Positions 25,447 through 38,480 of a DNA stretch of 56,687 nt are shown in pieces. This DNA is from Octopus bimaculoides (Eukaryota). Both the position numbers and the translations under genes were made by a program. The stretch's first letter is position 1, and the number at the start of each line of letters is the position of its first letter. The notes under the pieces were generated by a model. It did not search any database. It worked only from the letters and a program-made list of their open reading frames with translations, and was not told where the DNA came from. The stretch covers positions 165,773,699 through 165,830,385 of the forward strand of contig NC_068982.1 of NCBI RefSeq assembly GCF_001194135.2, written 5' to 3'.

Positions 25447-25818
25447 TCATTATTCAGTTTTATTTCAAGATTTCTTGGCAATAGAGAAAGTGCCGGTTTC
25501 TAACCTAGATCTGAGGCTCCTTCATTAGAATTTCAACGACATCAACATGCTATTTTTGTATGTATCTATGTTATATGTGTAAATTCGTACGTTTTGTTTT
25601 ATGCATGTATTCTCATGCATATAATTGCATGTCTAGACATGCTCATTATACTTAAATGATAAACTTTACAGATTTTTACAGTTCCAGTGATGGCTCGGAG
25701 CTTTCTTCTTTCTGGTTTTCAGAAGCCTAATTTTTCAAGATAAGTATTTAGGCAGTGTGTTACATATTCCAATGTCCTAATAATTACATGTATGGACCTG
25801 AACTTCTAATCTGGATAG
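25447..25818 (-). mobile_element. 3' fragment of the TACA-associated R4-like family (homologous to 32416-32750)
   Basis: Direct similarity, e.g. TTCAGTTTTATTTCAAGATTTCTTG…AGAAGCCTAATTTTTCAAGAT. Both flanks are TATG-rich. Confidence 0.85.
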
Positions 25819-27695
25819 AGTGTGTGTATGTATGTATTTATGTATGTATGTATGTAGAGAAATAGAAATGTAGGAACATCCACGGATAGCTATATTCTTT
25901 GAAACATAGGGCTAGAGTGAGCCATGGTTTGAGAAATTAAATGAATATACTAATAGATAAATACAAGGTAATTTTTCAGTGTGTAGACAAGTAAAATCGA
26001 GTACAGAGTTGTTATATTATTTATAACAACAACGGAGAAATTATTGATATAATTGTCATTGATTGCTGACACTTGAAATCTTAACACACGGAAAGGTTAT
26101 CTCATATCAAAAAATTCATCTGACACCATACTTTTTCAATCATCTGAAATTGTTGAAGCTTTTGGAACCTGCTGTATTCTGTACTAGTGAAAAAATTTTT
26201 CCAAGAGATTTTATTTGCATTCTCACGCTTATTCACAGATGTTCAAAGAAAATTCTTCTATTATTTGAAGTAAATCTTCAATATTCTTATTTCTTTCTCA
26301 CTGATTAATATTATTTTTGGCCTCTTTTCTGTTTACTTTCTACACGGCAACAAAACATCGAAATTACTAATTGACTTGTATCGCTGTATTTTACCCAAAA
26401 TACACATTTTGTGTATACGGTGATTGTTACAGAAAATGATTATTTACTTTCAGGATTTAGTTTTGCTTTTAGAATTCAATTTTCTATCGGTCTATTTTGT
26501 ATTGTTTTATGTTTTGCGTGGTTTTGTTTTTAATATCTTTCATTTCCAACACTTTTCTTCTTTTAACTGTTTCGTATTTCTTCAATTATATTTTCTAGTT
26601 TCCAAGGTATAATTATAAGAATTAAGTTATTTTCTATATTTGATTCTTTCTATGGTAATGCGATGTAACGATAGTTGATGGATTTCTTTTATTTTCATTT
26701 TCTTTGCATAGCTTTAATCTATAATTCTATAATTGGAAAATATTCTTTCTCAATTTGTCTATCGTCTGTCGACAGAGGAGTAAACTGAATCAGACACATT
26801 TGCAATCTTATAACCAAGCAACACCTCAAATGATTAACTGATAAAAACAATATAAAGTAATTTAGGTATTTGAATAGAGAATATTGCAAATAATATAACT
26901 ACAAATTAGGACGTTCGCATAAACCTTCATATAGGTGACACATACCAGCTGGTTGTATATATCAAGAAATAATATAAATTTGATAATAATGTTTATAAAT
27001 TTTATGATAATGTTCTTATAAACACAATTACAAATCTGATTTGTTACAGGCACAATGATTAAAATTCGAGGCGGTTTTATATTAATATATAATTCGGTTG
27101 TTCCTTTCATTGTCTAAAAAGAAAAAAAAACTCCGTTGGGTAATGAAACAGAAAAAGGAAAGGGAATGGTCGCAGTTTGAATGAGTTTGATTATTGGTCT
27201 TGTCAATTATTGAGGGATAAACAACAACGATTATCAAAGCTATCATAGATGTCATCATTAAGACAGGAAGATTTTGCAGGTACAAAAATGCTTATTGATC
27301 GAACTCGTAACCCCTAATGTTAATGCTAATAAGTAAAAATCTCTAATCGGTTACTGGACCTACGAAACATACTAGCCAGATGTTCTGTAAATCACACGTT
27401 ATTCCCTTAAAAAGAAGACTACATTAAATTATGATAACGCACAGAATGATATGCTGATGATAGTTGTAGTACTCAATCATGTCTGGATTTCGGGGAAAAC
27501 AACGACTAGAAATTGTACCATGGGTTGGCAAAGTATTCTGTATTGATCCCTGAGTCTACAAGTAGTTGGTCAAGGAGTCCATAAACAACTGAGACTGTTT
27601 GAGCATTGAGAGAGTTGAATTATTAGAGAACTGAATGTAGATGAGTGCGGTAATTTAAGGCTAAAACTCGCTAATATTCAACTAATATTGACTAC

Positions 27696-27900
27696 AATTT
27701 TGGCACAAAGCAAGCAGTTTTGGAGGAGGAGCTAAGTTCATTATATCGACCCCCAATGACTAACTAGCACTCATTTTGTCAACCGCGAAAGGATGAAAGG
27801 GAAAGTCGACCACGGTGGAATTTGAACTCAGATTGCAAAGACGAACGAAATACCGCTAAGCATTTTTACCTGGCGTACTAATGATTTTACCAGTTCGCTG
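27696..27900 (-). mobile_element. Older tRNA-derived CORE-like SINE (same family as 47027-47258)
   Basis: CGAAAGGATGAAAGGGAAAGTCGACCACGGTGGAATTTGAACTCAG…GAAATACCGCTAAGCATT. Confidence 0.85.
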
Positions 27901-28670
27901 TTTTACTTTCCAACCAAATATTGATGCAAACCAGTGTTCACTAAACACATATTTCACATTAAATGTTCCGACTATATCAAAATAATATGACTGAATTATA
28001 ATTCTTTTTTCTCAATTTCGTCAAGTATTTTCATTTAGTTTCTTTGAATATTTCTTATTAAAAAGCGATAATGACGGGAAAAAAAGAAGGAATTATTGTT
28101 TCATATCAAGATATTTCTTATAATTGTTTAATTCTATTTTAGAAATTTAACTGAAAGGGTTCGATAAGTTATTAACGATTCTGTGAAGGGGGCACTGATA
28201 TAAGACGTTTGCCGCTGCATGAGTCAAATTTTATGTAGAACCAGCTGAAATATCAAGTAAAGGAGCAATTGTAAAGTGAGGTCGAGAAAGATCTTTAAGA
28301 TCTTTAATTTGAAAGACAAAATGTGGAAATATATTCTGAATATAAATTGGAGTGAAACAGTGTGAAAATACCAAAGTAAATGTCTAATACCCTATGTTTG
28401 CATTACATGCTTCGAAAGAGAAGACTCTTATCATAGCACATGTATAACTTTTTAGGAAAGAATATGAAATATATATGTTAAGTTGATATCGTTATCGTGG
28501 AACTTGAATCTCCATAGCACCTAACAAAAATTGTAAAGGCAATCGATTGGTCGAACATATTGTTTCAAACTAGTTCCGAAGGCAAGGAACTGGATAGTTT
28601 ATCAGTAATTAAAAGATAAATATATCCACAAATTCAACCATAGACTTAAAAGAAAATCTACCCTAACTAG

Positions 28671-28750
28671 TTATAACACATGTAGAAAACAATGAACCGG
28701 AAAACGAAAACCTTGAGTGTGATCATTTGCCTAGTAGGCAGAGGGAAGTG
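28671..28750 (+). CDS. Candidate exon, ITHVENNEPENENLECDHLPSRQREV
   Basis: CTAACTAG acceptor (alternative acceptor at 28685), strong GTG|GTGAGT donor and a single open frame. Confidence 0.25.
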
Positions 28751-29314
28751 GTGAGTTAAAACTTGATGCTGCATCAAATGTAATATTTCGAATTACTATT
28801 ATTGGAAGGAGAAAGATATGTTACTCAGGAAGTCTACGTCCATTTCACATTCAAATTATCTTGCACAGTTGATCAATAAATTGGTGAAGTAATTAATGAA
28901 AACCTGAACACGTTAACTCGATGTTTCTCTTTAATATGCGTGACATTGCCGTCCAAACTAGATTTGCAGTTAAAATGAAGCATTTTCAAATCGACTCGTT
29001 TCTTAGTTCCCGTATGAAGTAAATTAGAAATAGCTGGAAAGATAGAGAGCAAAGTAATTATTTATAAACTTTTGTTGATTTATCTACTTTGGGAAACTTT
29101 CTCGTTGTTAAAAGTCTAGGAGAAATTCTCGAATAAAGTTACTTCCAGTGTTACAATTTATTACATCGTTATTTGCAGAACTAAGTATTTGAAATGTTAG
29201 CGCCTTTCTCATAAAGAATTTATAGAAATATGTATAACGTTTGTTTGTATGTTAAGTCTGCACACACACACACACACACACACAAGTATATATATATATA
29301 TATANNNNNNNNNN

Positions 29315-29380
<66 letters not shown>

Positions 29381-30105
29381 CATTCAAAACACTGTCTGGA
29401 GAAGGCACATTAGACAATGAACTTAAATGTATCTTCCAAAGAATATAAATTCTTCTTTAAATAAATAAGTGGTCACAAATAGAAAAAGTATGAGTTTCAG
29501 TATGAAACAGAGAGGATAGAAAGCTGCCTAGAGGAGAAAGTATCAGGAAGGCAGTATGAAAAGAAAAAAAAGGAAAGAAGAAAGAAATAGCTGAACACAT
29601 GCTTAGAATAGGACAAAGAAACATTGCTAGTTAAAGTGATAGCGAGCGAGGGAGAGGGTAAGAAAGAGAGAGAGACGTAAAGGAGAAGAAAAGATTAGAA
29701 TAAGCGATAGAAGTAGCGAACAACACATACTAATCAGTAATTTTAGTACCAATCGTTGAAAACTATTGTAGAGTTTTCATCAATAACTATTCGGAAAATC
29801 ATCTATAGAAACATACAGGTTGACAGAATTGACATAATAGCTATTATTGAGTTTCTACTGTAAATAAAGCATAAATATTTCATGTGGAATTTGTTTCCAT
29901 TCTTCTAGAAGATTCTGTGAAACCGTCCAGAATAAATCAGCCTGCAATGTCCCAACAGTTAACAATAACCAATTGTAATAAAAGGTCGACTAGTATGATA
30001 CCCATTTTATATTTTATTTCATATTACTTTCTTTAATATATCTACATAGTTTTCTATCAATCTATATACTTACCATACATCTATTGTGAACTGTCTATAT
30101 ATGCA

Positions 30106-30143
<38 letters not shown>

Positions 30144-30235
30144 GGGGGGGTGCATGCTGCACACACACATACACATATATACACAAAGGCATATATATCT
30201 ATATAAATATATGTCTGTACATATATCTATGTGTG

Positions 30236-30295
<60 letters not shown>

Positions 30296-30374
30296 TACAT
30301 ACACACGCGCGCGCTCACTTGTTTCATTGATTTCTTTAAGGTTTTAGCTTTACAAAGAAAGAAAAAGCCTCTGT

Positions 30375-30530
30375 TAACGATTTCTATTGGAACTGAATTT
30401 AATGTAATTCTAAATTCGATTGATTTTGGTAACTATGAATTTTTGGCTGGTATTCATAAGAGTTGCGATACTATTTTGATGTCCGCATCTGAGAATTTAA
30501 CCACATGCATCACAGTAGTGTAAAGATATT
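30375..30530. repeat. Unclassified dispersed repeat, copy A (copy B at 34017-34160)
   Basis: Shared TTGGAACTGAATT…AACTATGAATTTTTGGCTGGT…TGCATCACAG. Confidence 0.85.
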
Positions 30531-30974
30531 AGGAAGATACGATAAACGTGTTTATACGGTCGATTTATATTGGCTAATATGGATATATGTCAAGTTACTA
30601 ACTCTACATTACTTGCACATTCACGAAATGAATACCTTGCGATATTTAGCTATGAATACAACATATTTGATAACGCTATCATTTTTTCTTTTGTATATAA
30701 ATACATACGTACATACATGTTTGTATGTCAATATGAATGCATGTAAGTAGGCATATATGTATAAGTATGTAGTGAGGTATATAAATGTGTATTTTTGAAT
30801 ATCTACACATGTATCGTTTTCTCTCGTTTGTACTGCGAAAAACTTAATACCAAACAGAAAGTCAAATTTGCGAGACACCGAAAATAGATTAAAGGATAAA
30901 ACATACAACTAATTTTGGAGTACAAAATCGGAGTTCATATATATGGAGAAATTACAATATGTATGCAGTTACAT

Positions 30975-31025
30975 TTAAACACACAGACAAATACACAAAC
31001 ACACACACACAGACACACACACACG

Positions 31026-31118
<93 letters not shown>

Positions 31119-31145
31119 TCACGCACACGCACACATACACACATG
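30975..31145. repeat. (CA)n-rich microsatellite
   Basis: Directly visible. Confidence 0.97.
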
Positions 31146-31619
31146 CATATACAGATACATATCGATTTTGAAATTCGTTTTGCAAGAAGTGGGTGGAAAC
31201 CAATATTGAAATATATATATAAATCAGAAATGTCATACAAACAAAGCTCATAAACACATATTTTCGCTTATTTTTCCTTCTTTTCAAAAAACGTTGTTTG
31301 TCTGTGTTTCTATCGAAATACTTTCATCACACTAAACATGTGGTAAAAGTAATAGCTATACGTTTTCAAATGCTTTAAATTTTCAACTAATTTTATCATA
31401 TCTGTTATCTTACATATCTCTATTATATATGTTATATTACATATCTTTATTATATCTGTTATCTTACATATCTATGTTAAGCGTGCGAGGTAATGATATA
31501 TTATAGTATTAGTATTTATTTTCTTTCTTTTGTGGCTATCAGCTTAAGAATACATATGTGCATATGTTTCTTTTTTTTTATCTTAGCTGACTTTAGCTTT
31601 ATTGCATCATTATACTTGT

Positions 31620-32200
31620 ATTATTCCTATGAACTAGGTTGCTGCTAGAGCTCCAAGTATTTTCTATATTGAATGTGGGAGTTTCTACTTCCGATAATTG
31701 TATAGCCTCTAAAATCTGTTATGATGTTGGGTCATTTGAATAACAGGAGTGAAATTTTGCTTCCATATTTCCTATCGGGTAATTTTGTGCTAATATTGCA
31801 TGTCCCTGAGAGTACAGATGTTTGCTTCTTTTCATTATATTCTTGCTAATGTTCTAGAATTCTTTCACGTTAACTGTGAACCGTCTCTCTCCTATACGGT
31901 GTAGTAGTATCTCTACATCATCTTTCTATGAATTTTATATCATAGACACCGTTTCCTGTTTCTAGATTACATGAGGACTGGTTGTCCATATTCTGGAGTT
32001 GTCGTCATTGTAAGGTTTTTTTCGTAAGTGGACTCGACTTATTCTCTCATTACTTTATGATCCTGTTTAACACCCTGATTATCGTTGATTGTATCCAGAG
32101 AATTACATGCAGTTTATATTTTCTCACTTAATATATAACTTTAAATATTTCACATGTTCCTTACTAGGTTTGCCATTTTTGTATTTGTTGACATAGCATA
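31620..32200 (-). mobile_element. Decayed Penelope-like GIY-YIG endonuclease region
   Basis: Minus strand with frameshifts: GVYDIK… and …IGERRFTVNVKE… resemble GVIY.I.C…YIGET.R.L..R.KEH. Confidence 0.45.
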
Positions 32201-32415
32201 GCTCTAGACGACCAGGTGGCTAGAGGCCACCTGCTCCTAAATGCAACGATTCAACCGAGGTTATCTGCTGATGTTTGCATTATCTCTTCGGAGTACATGC
32301 CAAAGCAGGCAAGTTTCCTAATGCTAAACCAAACTGTAAATATATGCATGCATGTATGTATGTATGTATGAATGTATGTATGTATGTATGTATGTATGTA
32401 TGTACGTATGTATGT

Positions 32416-33888
32416 TCATCATTGTTCAGTTTTATTTCAAGATTTCTTGCTAATAGAGAAGGAGCCGGTTTCTAACCTAAATCCAAAGCTCCTTCATTGG
32501 AATTTCAACATCAACAACAGAGTATTTTTGTATGTATGTATGTACGCTCATATATATTTAAATGATAATCTTCTGGAAATTTTTACAGATTTACGGTTCC
32601 AGTGATTGATTGGATATGTAGTCTTCTAATTAACTTTCTCCTTTCTGGTTTTGAGAAGCCTAATTTTTCAAGATCGGTATTTAGGCAGCGCGCTACATAT
32701 CCCAGGGCACCAATAATTACAGGTATAAATCTGAACTTGTAATCTGCATAGACTAACTGCAAATTTGTAAATAGTTCAGCGTAGGTGTTCTTTTTTATCA
32801 CTGATCTTCAGTTAACATCTGCTGAGCAGCCAATTTTCACAACTGTGCACAGTTTCTCTTCTCTATCCCAAATCATTATATCAGGTTTCGTGTGCTTACA
32901 TTTTACTGAGGCCTTCACTGTCACATTCCACCAGTACTCCTTTTTATTATGAGTGGCTATGGCTTCCACCATATTGTAGGTTCTTATTTCTTTATCCCCG
33001 GGGTTATCCTTCTGACAGATTTCATTATAGAGTGTCCTAGCTACAACATCCTATCTCATCGGTAGATAATACCGTGATGACATTTTCGGACAACTGCTAA
33101 TGATGTGGGTGATATCTTCGGTCTTAGCTCCACAAAGTCTGCATCGCTTGTCACAGTTTACTGCTTTTCCTGCATCTCTATCCCATTTGTGCATCAGGTA
33201 TTTGGTTGATATTTCCTGATCCTGGATCGCAAAAGCATACTCTTCAAAGTGGGAGGTAGTAAACCGGCTATCGGTCCATGATAAATTGCTTTCATAATTG
33301 ATATTACTCTCACCTCGGAGCTTCTTTCTAACATATCCATGCATAGACCTTTGCTCATACAGGGTCAGCCTTTCATCTGATGATACGTTGCGGTAGAGTC
33401 GTGCGACTTCTTTGGGCATGTATTCTAAGTTATCAGACAAAGAATGTTGCTCAAAGCGTTAGCTTCCAAGTCTGATGATGTTATCAGACTCATGTATGCA
33501 AACTTGGTCCAAAGATGTACTTCAACACTTGGTGGTTTAAAGATGTTGCTGAAAGGATATGATGCGACATTCAAAGGCATTTTGGATTGACATTAAGCCT
33601 CTGCCGCCTCGTTTTCGTTTTAGGTAAAGGCGCTCTAACTCACTGTTTATATGGAAATTATGTGTGATGGTTAGCATTTTTCGGGTTTTTACATCAATGG
33701 CTAGGATCTCACCAAACGTCCAATCAAGCAGCCCAAATGTTCGTGTGATTACTGGCACTGCAACCACATTGTGGGCCATTGTTTTACTGAATGAAGAGAG
33801 ACTTGAGGTCCAAATTTTCTTTATTCGGCTGTAGTATTCTTTAGAGACATGTGTTCTGTTACAGGTACCATTATAGAATATGCTTTCA
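32416..33888 (-). mobile_element. 5'-truncated R4/Dong-like non-LTR retrotransposon embedded in (TACA)n
   Basis: KEYYSRIKKIW, RLYLKRKRGGRGL, CRLCGAKTEDITHIISSCPKM (CCHC), KPDIMIWD (RLE) and IPVIIGALG. (TATG)n at both ends. Confidence 0.92.
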
Positions 33889-34016
33889 TGTATGTATGTA
33901 TGTATGTATGTATGTATGTACGTGAGTTTGTGCATGTGAATATGTGTATATGTGTATATGTGTATAGAGTTCTCCATCTCACACTACTTTTGAAAATCAT
34001 AAAGCCGTAACTATAC

Positions 34017-34160
34017 TTAACGTTTCTGTTGGAACTGAATTCAATACAGTTCCAGATTCGATTGAACTTGATAACTATGAATTTTTGGCTGGTTATTCAT
34101 ACGAGATGCGATACCACCTGAGAAATTAACGTCATGCATCACAGCAGTATAAAGATGGAG
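34017..34160. repeat. Unclassified dispersed repeat, copy B
   Basis: Homologous to 30375-30530. Confidence 0.85.
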
Positions 34161-34189
34161 GGGTGTTAAAGGCCTCTTACAACATGGCG

Positions 34190-34430
34190 GAAAACATACA
34201 GTAAAAGTTTAGGTGCTAAGATACAATTCTGTTTCACACCATTTGTCACTGAATATTGTGCATATATATCTCCCAACTCTTTCCATAAACATATTATCAC
34301 GATATTGGTGCACAATATGCACGGAAATAGGTGGCGAATCATATCTAGGAATGATCATCTACAAACCCCTGCAAAGCATTGGGTCGAAAGCCTTTGTAAA
34401 GCCAACAAAGGTTATCTACATGATCTCATT
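34190..34430 (-). mobile_element. RTE-clade RT fragment
   Basis: FVGFTKAFDPMLCRGL*MIIPRYDSPP…HQYRDNM, then VTNGVKQNCILAPKL after a frameshift. Matches RTE/BovB-type FVDLTKAFD…VTNGVKQGCVLAP. Confidence 0.8.
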
Positions 34431-34576
34431 CTGCTCTATATACTTCGCTTGGATCTGTTTTAAAGCAGATTCACAAACACACACACACACATACACACAC
34501 ACACATACACACACACATACACACGCACACACACTCGCACATACACACAAACACACACACACATATATATACCTAT

Positions 34577-34700
34577 AAGTAATATTCGTAGCCACTTTAA
34601 AATGGCTGTCCGTTCGAGGGGACTCTACGGCGATTTTTTAACCCCAAGAAGACGTCTTTTCTAGCTAGTTAACGATACTCAGCTGCATCTGATAAAATTG
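34577..34700. repeat. Unclassified dispersed repeat, copy B of 7981-8098
   Basis: Direct similarity; begins just after a (CA)n tract. Confidence 0.8.
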
Positions 34701-36288
34701 CGAACAGGGAAGCGAATCTCTACTATTTCCTAATGACGAGACCAGTAGACCAGTCCTGGTTTTGGGTTATTTCTGCCACTCCTCAGTACTGGACACCTCG
34801 TCTGCTAGAGATGATAGCAACTCGCTTCTGCATGTAATATATATATATATATANNNNNNNNNNNNNNNNNNNNNNNNNNNNNNNNNNNNNNNNNNNNNNN
34901 NNNNNNNNNNNNNNNNNNNNNNNNNNNNNNNNNNNNNNNNNNNNNNNNNNNNNNNNNNNNNNNNNNNNNNNNNNNNNNNNNNNNNNNNNNNNNNNNNNNN
35001 NNNNNNNNNNNNNNNNNNNNNNNNNNNNATATATATATGTATATTTCAAGCGAACACACAGTCGCTGATTTTGAAAGAAGCAAAAGTGCAAGTATTTCAA
35101 AATGTGGGACACTACATGACGAAAACTAACAAAAAAAAAGGAGGAAAATAGCGGTACTTGTGTTCCAAAGGTTTCTATGGTAAGGCTCAGGAGAAGGATG
35201 GAAAGAAGAAAGAGAAGAAAGAGAAGAAAGATAGGAGACAAAAGAATGAAAAGCGACAATGTAAACTGGGGGTCTGAAGTGAGTGCTAGGCAGGAGATGA
35301 AATACATGTCTTACCTATGCACTGGTCAAGTAGAAAAAAAGATGAGTGATGAAAAAAATTGAATGGTCTTTTGGTACCGAAAAGCGAAGGAATAGAGACA
35401 GAGTGGAGTAGAGAAGGTTGGGGTAGAGCAAGTACGAAAAAAGAGGGAGTGCAGAGAATAAATGGAATAAAGATAGACAGTAGGTAGTTGACAGGGATGG
35501 ACAGAGAAAGAAATGGAAAGCAGTAAAGAGAGAAAGGCAGCAGATAGGTAGAGAGGCAGATAGAAATAGATGGGGAAAGTTTTGTGCACAAGAGGAGAGT
35601 GGAGGACAGAGAAATAAACAGAAAAGCGAGAAAGTCTTGCACCAAATATTAAACACTGTGTGAAGTACCACTGAGTGGGAACAGAAGTGGGGTGTGTGAC
35701 ATTACACTGACTAACATAAATAATATATCTACATTTTCTTGTTTTGAGACCGTAAGTTTAGCTTTCTGGGACATTTGTTTGTCCTGTGTATACGTTCGGT
35801 CAACCTGTTCGAGCCCGTGAGCTCGTGTTTATTCTATTCTTGATGACGAGCTATCTAAAAAGCAGACTAAATATCCTTGATATTTATTTTTAAGGCATAA
35901 TTTCGAATATTTCTGGAGTTGAACTTCGTCTTCATTTCCCCAAATCCAACAAGGTATTTGCCGGTCATGTACTGAAGTCAATTCCATTAACTATACATAT
36001 CCGCTAGATATTCATATCCTTCTGCCAACTTCATTGCTACAATGTTCACTTATGAAGACCAGAATAGTCTGCTTCTTTTAATAGGAACTTCCTGTATAAC
36101 GAGTTCGAAGTGTCACATCGATTCTCGATTAAATTAACTTCAAGATTATTCAAATTGGTAAGAAATGTTTCGCCACCGTAGTCCTCTCTTCTCCCGTCCA
36201 TGAATATTATACACAATGCATGATTATGTTAGAAACGATACTTAATGTATTCAGATATTGGAAATATTTCTTATTTCAAATCTTATTG

Positions 36289-36600
36289 TTACCTCCGCCT
36301 AGGAGGGAGGTTATGTTTTCAACGGCTTTGGTTTGTCTGTCTGTCCGTCTGTGTGCAAAATAACTCAAAAAGTTGTAAACGGTGTACGATGAAAAAGTTG
36401 GTAATGACACAAGAAACATGATGAAATTTTGGTAGTGATCCAGGAATTTTTATGGATTCTTGAAAGATTTTTCATTTTTTATATTTACTCTACATGAAGC
36501 ATTACAATGTTACGTTGTTTGAAGTCTTTCTCTGATTATCTCCCTTGAAAACACGTTCATGGTTTTCACGTAACCTATGGTGGCGTTGCTGCTTCCAAAG
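36289..36600 (+). mobile_element. Helentron-associated (HINE/DINE-1-like) element; right end uncertain
   Basis: TTACCTCCGCCTAGGAGGGAGGTTATGTTTT subterminal inverted motif followed by a GTCT/GTCC microsatellite, the hallmark layout of HINEs. Confidence 0.55.
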
Positions 36601-36904
36601 TTTTATTTTTGTTTCTCTATTAGTAATTTTACTCGCGTATCAATCTTACTAGAAACTGATGGATAAAGAGATCAAACTACGTAAACAAACGGCAACAAAA
36701 CAGTTCTGAAATTAAATGACACTAACATATCCAAGGGTTGCTAAAAGCAGCAGCAGAGGAGGAGGCAATGGTAGCAACAACTGATGCTGGTCCCTTGAGG
36801 GATGATTGATACTATACTGACTACAGAAGAATGTAAAGTAGGTAGGTAGATTTAGTTTGGTACGGTTAGGGTTAGGGTTTTTTTTAATATGGCTGTTATT
36901 TTTT

Positions 36905-36948
36905 TTTACCCCCGCCAAGGAGGTTATGTTTTTGCCGGCTTTGGTTTG
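36905..36948 (+). mobile_element. Second, truncated HINE-like 5' end
   Basis: TTTACCCCCGCCAAGGAGGTTATGTTTTTGCCGGCTTTGGTTTG, similar to 36289-36330. Confidence 0.55.
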
Positions 36949-37102
36949 GGAAATTGGGCGATTTTCAACGCACTTCACTATTTCACTATTCAATACGCTC
37001 ATGCATCAGATTTTATACGTAAGATTTCTGAATTAAAATCCTGCTGAGATTTGTAATTTTCATGTCACCAAGGTGGATTTGAAAAATATTTGTTATATTC
37101 AG

Positions 37103-37198
37103 GAAAGGATCCGGTCACCTATCACCTTTCATAGAAAGAACAATTACCAAGTCCATATTACAAATTGTCTTCAGATGGCGGTACATCGCGGTGAAAAA
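37103..37198 (+). CDS. Candidate 96-nt symmetric exon
   Basis: Acceptor TATTTGTTATATTCAG and donor AAA|GTAAGT. Open frames ERIRSPITFHRKNNYQVHITNCLQMAVHRGEK or KGSGHLSPFIERTITKSILQIVFRWRYIAVK. Confidence 0.35.
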
Positions 37199-38298
37199 GT
37201 AAGTCGAAGCAACAAGGCAATATCGATTCTAGGCTGAAGTCATTTCACTATATACAATTATAACATGGGAGTACATATGACAATTCATGTGTTCCACCAT
37301 TAAAGTCTCTGTGTGCTTAGTTTTTAAAAAATAATCAATATTGTATCGTTTTGTGTTATGTAACACAGAGGTTTCCTGCGTCAATTTTGTTTTAAAAAGA
37401 TGAAAATAATAATGAAAGTAAATTAGACCCAAACCACAAATTAATTTTCCCTTATACTTTCTCTAAGAATAAATCTAAGCAGCTGTTAAAAGGTAGTTCT
37501 CATAAATTTAGTTGTCTTTATTTCATACCAATTTTCATGTTCCTGAAATAAGAATTTAAGAAATACGTTGTTAAAATTCTATTAATTCTGCAGACTAAGA
37601 TTATGCATGATTGCGTTAAACCCATGATATACAAAAAAAAAAAAACATAGAACTCTACCGCAAGATTGTTTATTTTTTTCTGTTTTTTTCTTTTTTTTTT
37701 TTTTTTTTTTTTTTTTTTGTTAAATTACAGCAACTGATTGTATTGACATGCTTCTGATAGTGTAACCAAGCAAAGTGAAAATGCTACTACCAAAGCAGAT
37801 TCCGGTTATTTTCATAGGCGACGTTTTAACGGAAGTGTTTTGAGAAGGAAATATCGATTGAGTTTTCATAGAATTTCAGCAATCTCATGAAAAATTTTGA
37901 AAATTTACCTGACATTTTCGGTCATCCTAAAAGCTAAAACAAATGCTGAAAGGAAATTCATGCGGTTTAGCATAAATATAGTCAATATAGGTAGCATGAA
38001 ATTTAGAGTTGTTTGTTATATATTGATTTCTAAACAGATATATTCCATATCTCATGTAAGATATTTGCATATATGTATGAGTTTGTGTGCGAATGTCAGA
38101 CTGTTTGTATGTATGTGTGTGAGCACGTAAATAAACACAGAAATGCTTGTGCGTGTGTGTGACTGCGTTTCGGTGCGTGTATATACATATGTGTGTATAC
38201 GAGCGTGTATATACCTATACGTATTTACCACTCTATTATGTGAAAGCGTTCTAAATCATATTTAAAGTTTTCAACATATTTGGTTGAACAGGCCTAAC

Positions 38299-38480
38299 CT
38301 TGCTGGTACCTAATAATTTTGTTATTATGATCACAAGTAATGTACATGAAATAAATACAAGTTACGATGGAGCAACTAATATTTATTCCATATAAATTAC
38401 TCGTGAGAAGACACGAGTTGTTAGCAATGGTCTCATCTTGGAAACTGTTGTTGACAACGGAAATGGAAATATTGAGCGAG
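38299..38480 (-). CDS. Candidate exon rich in N-x-S sequons
   Basis: 60 open codons SLNISISVVNNSFQDETIANNSCLLTSNLYGINISCSIV… between AATTTTAG and AAG|GTTAGG. Splice sites are only moderate. Confidence 0.2.

Noticed and set aside
36865-36878. TTAGGG telomere-like repeats
   Set aside because: Only about two units; too short to call an interstitial telomere.
37909-37926. 18-nt minus-strand micro-exon candidate (also a 12-nt plus candidate before GTGAGT at 39979)
   Set aside because: Such short AG…GT pairs arise often by chance in AT-rich DNA, and there is no supporting context.
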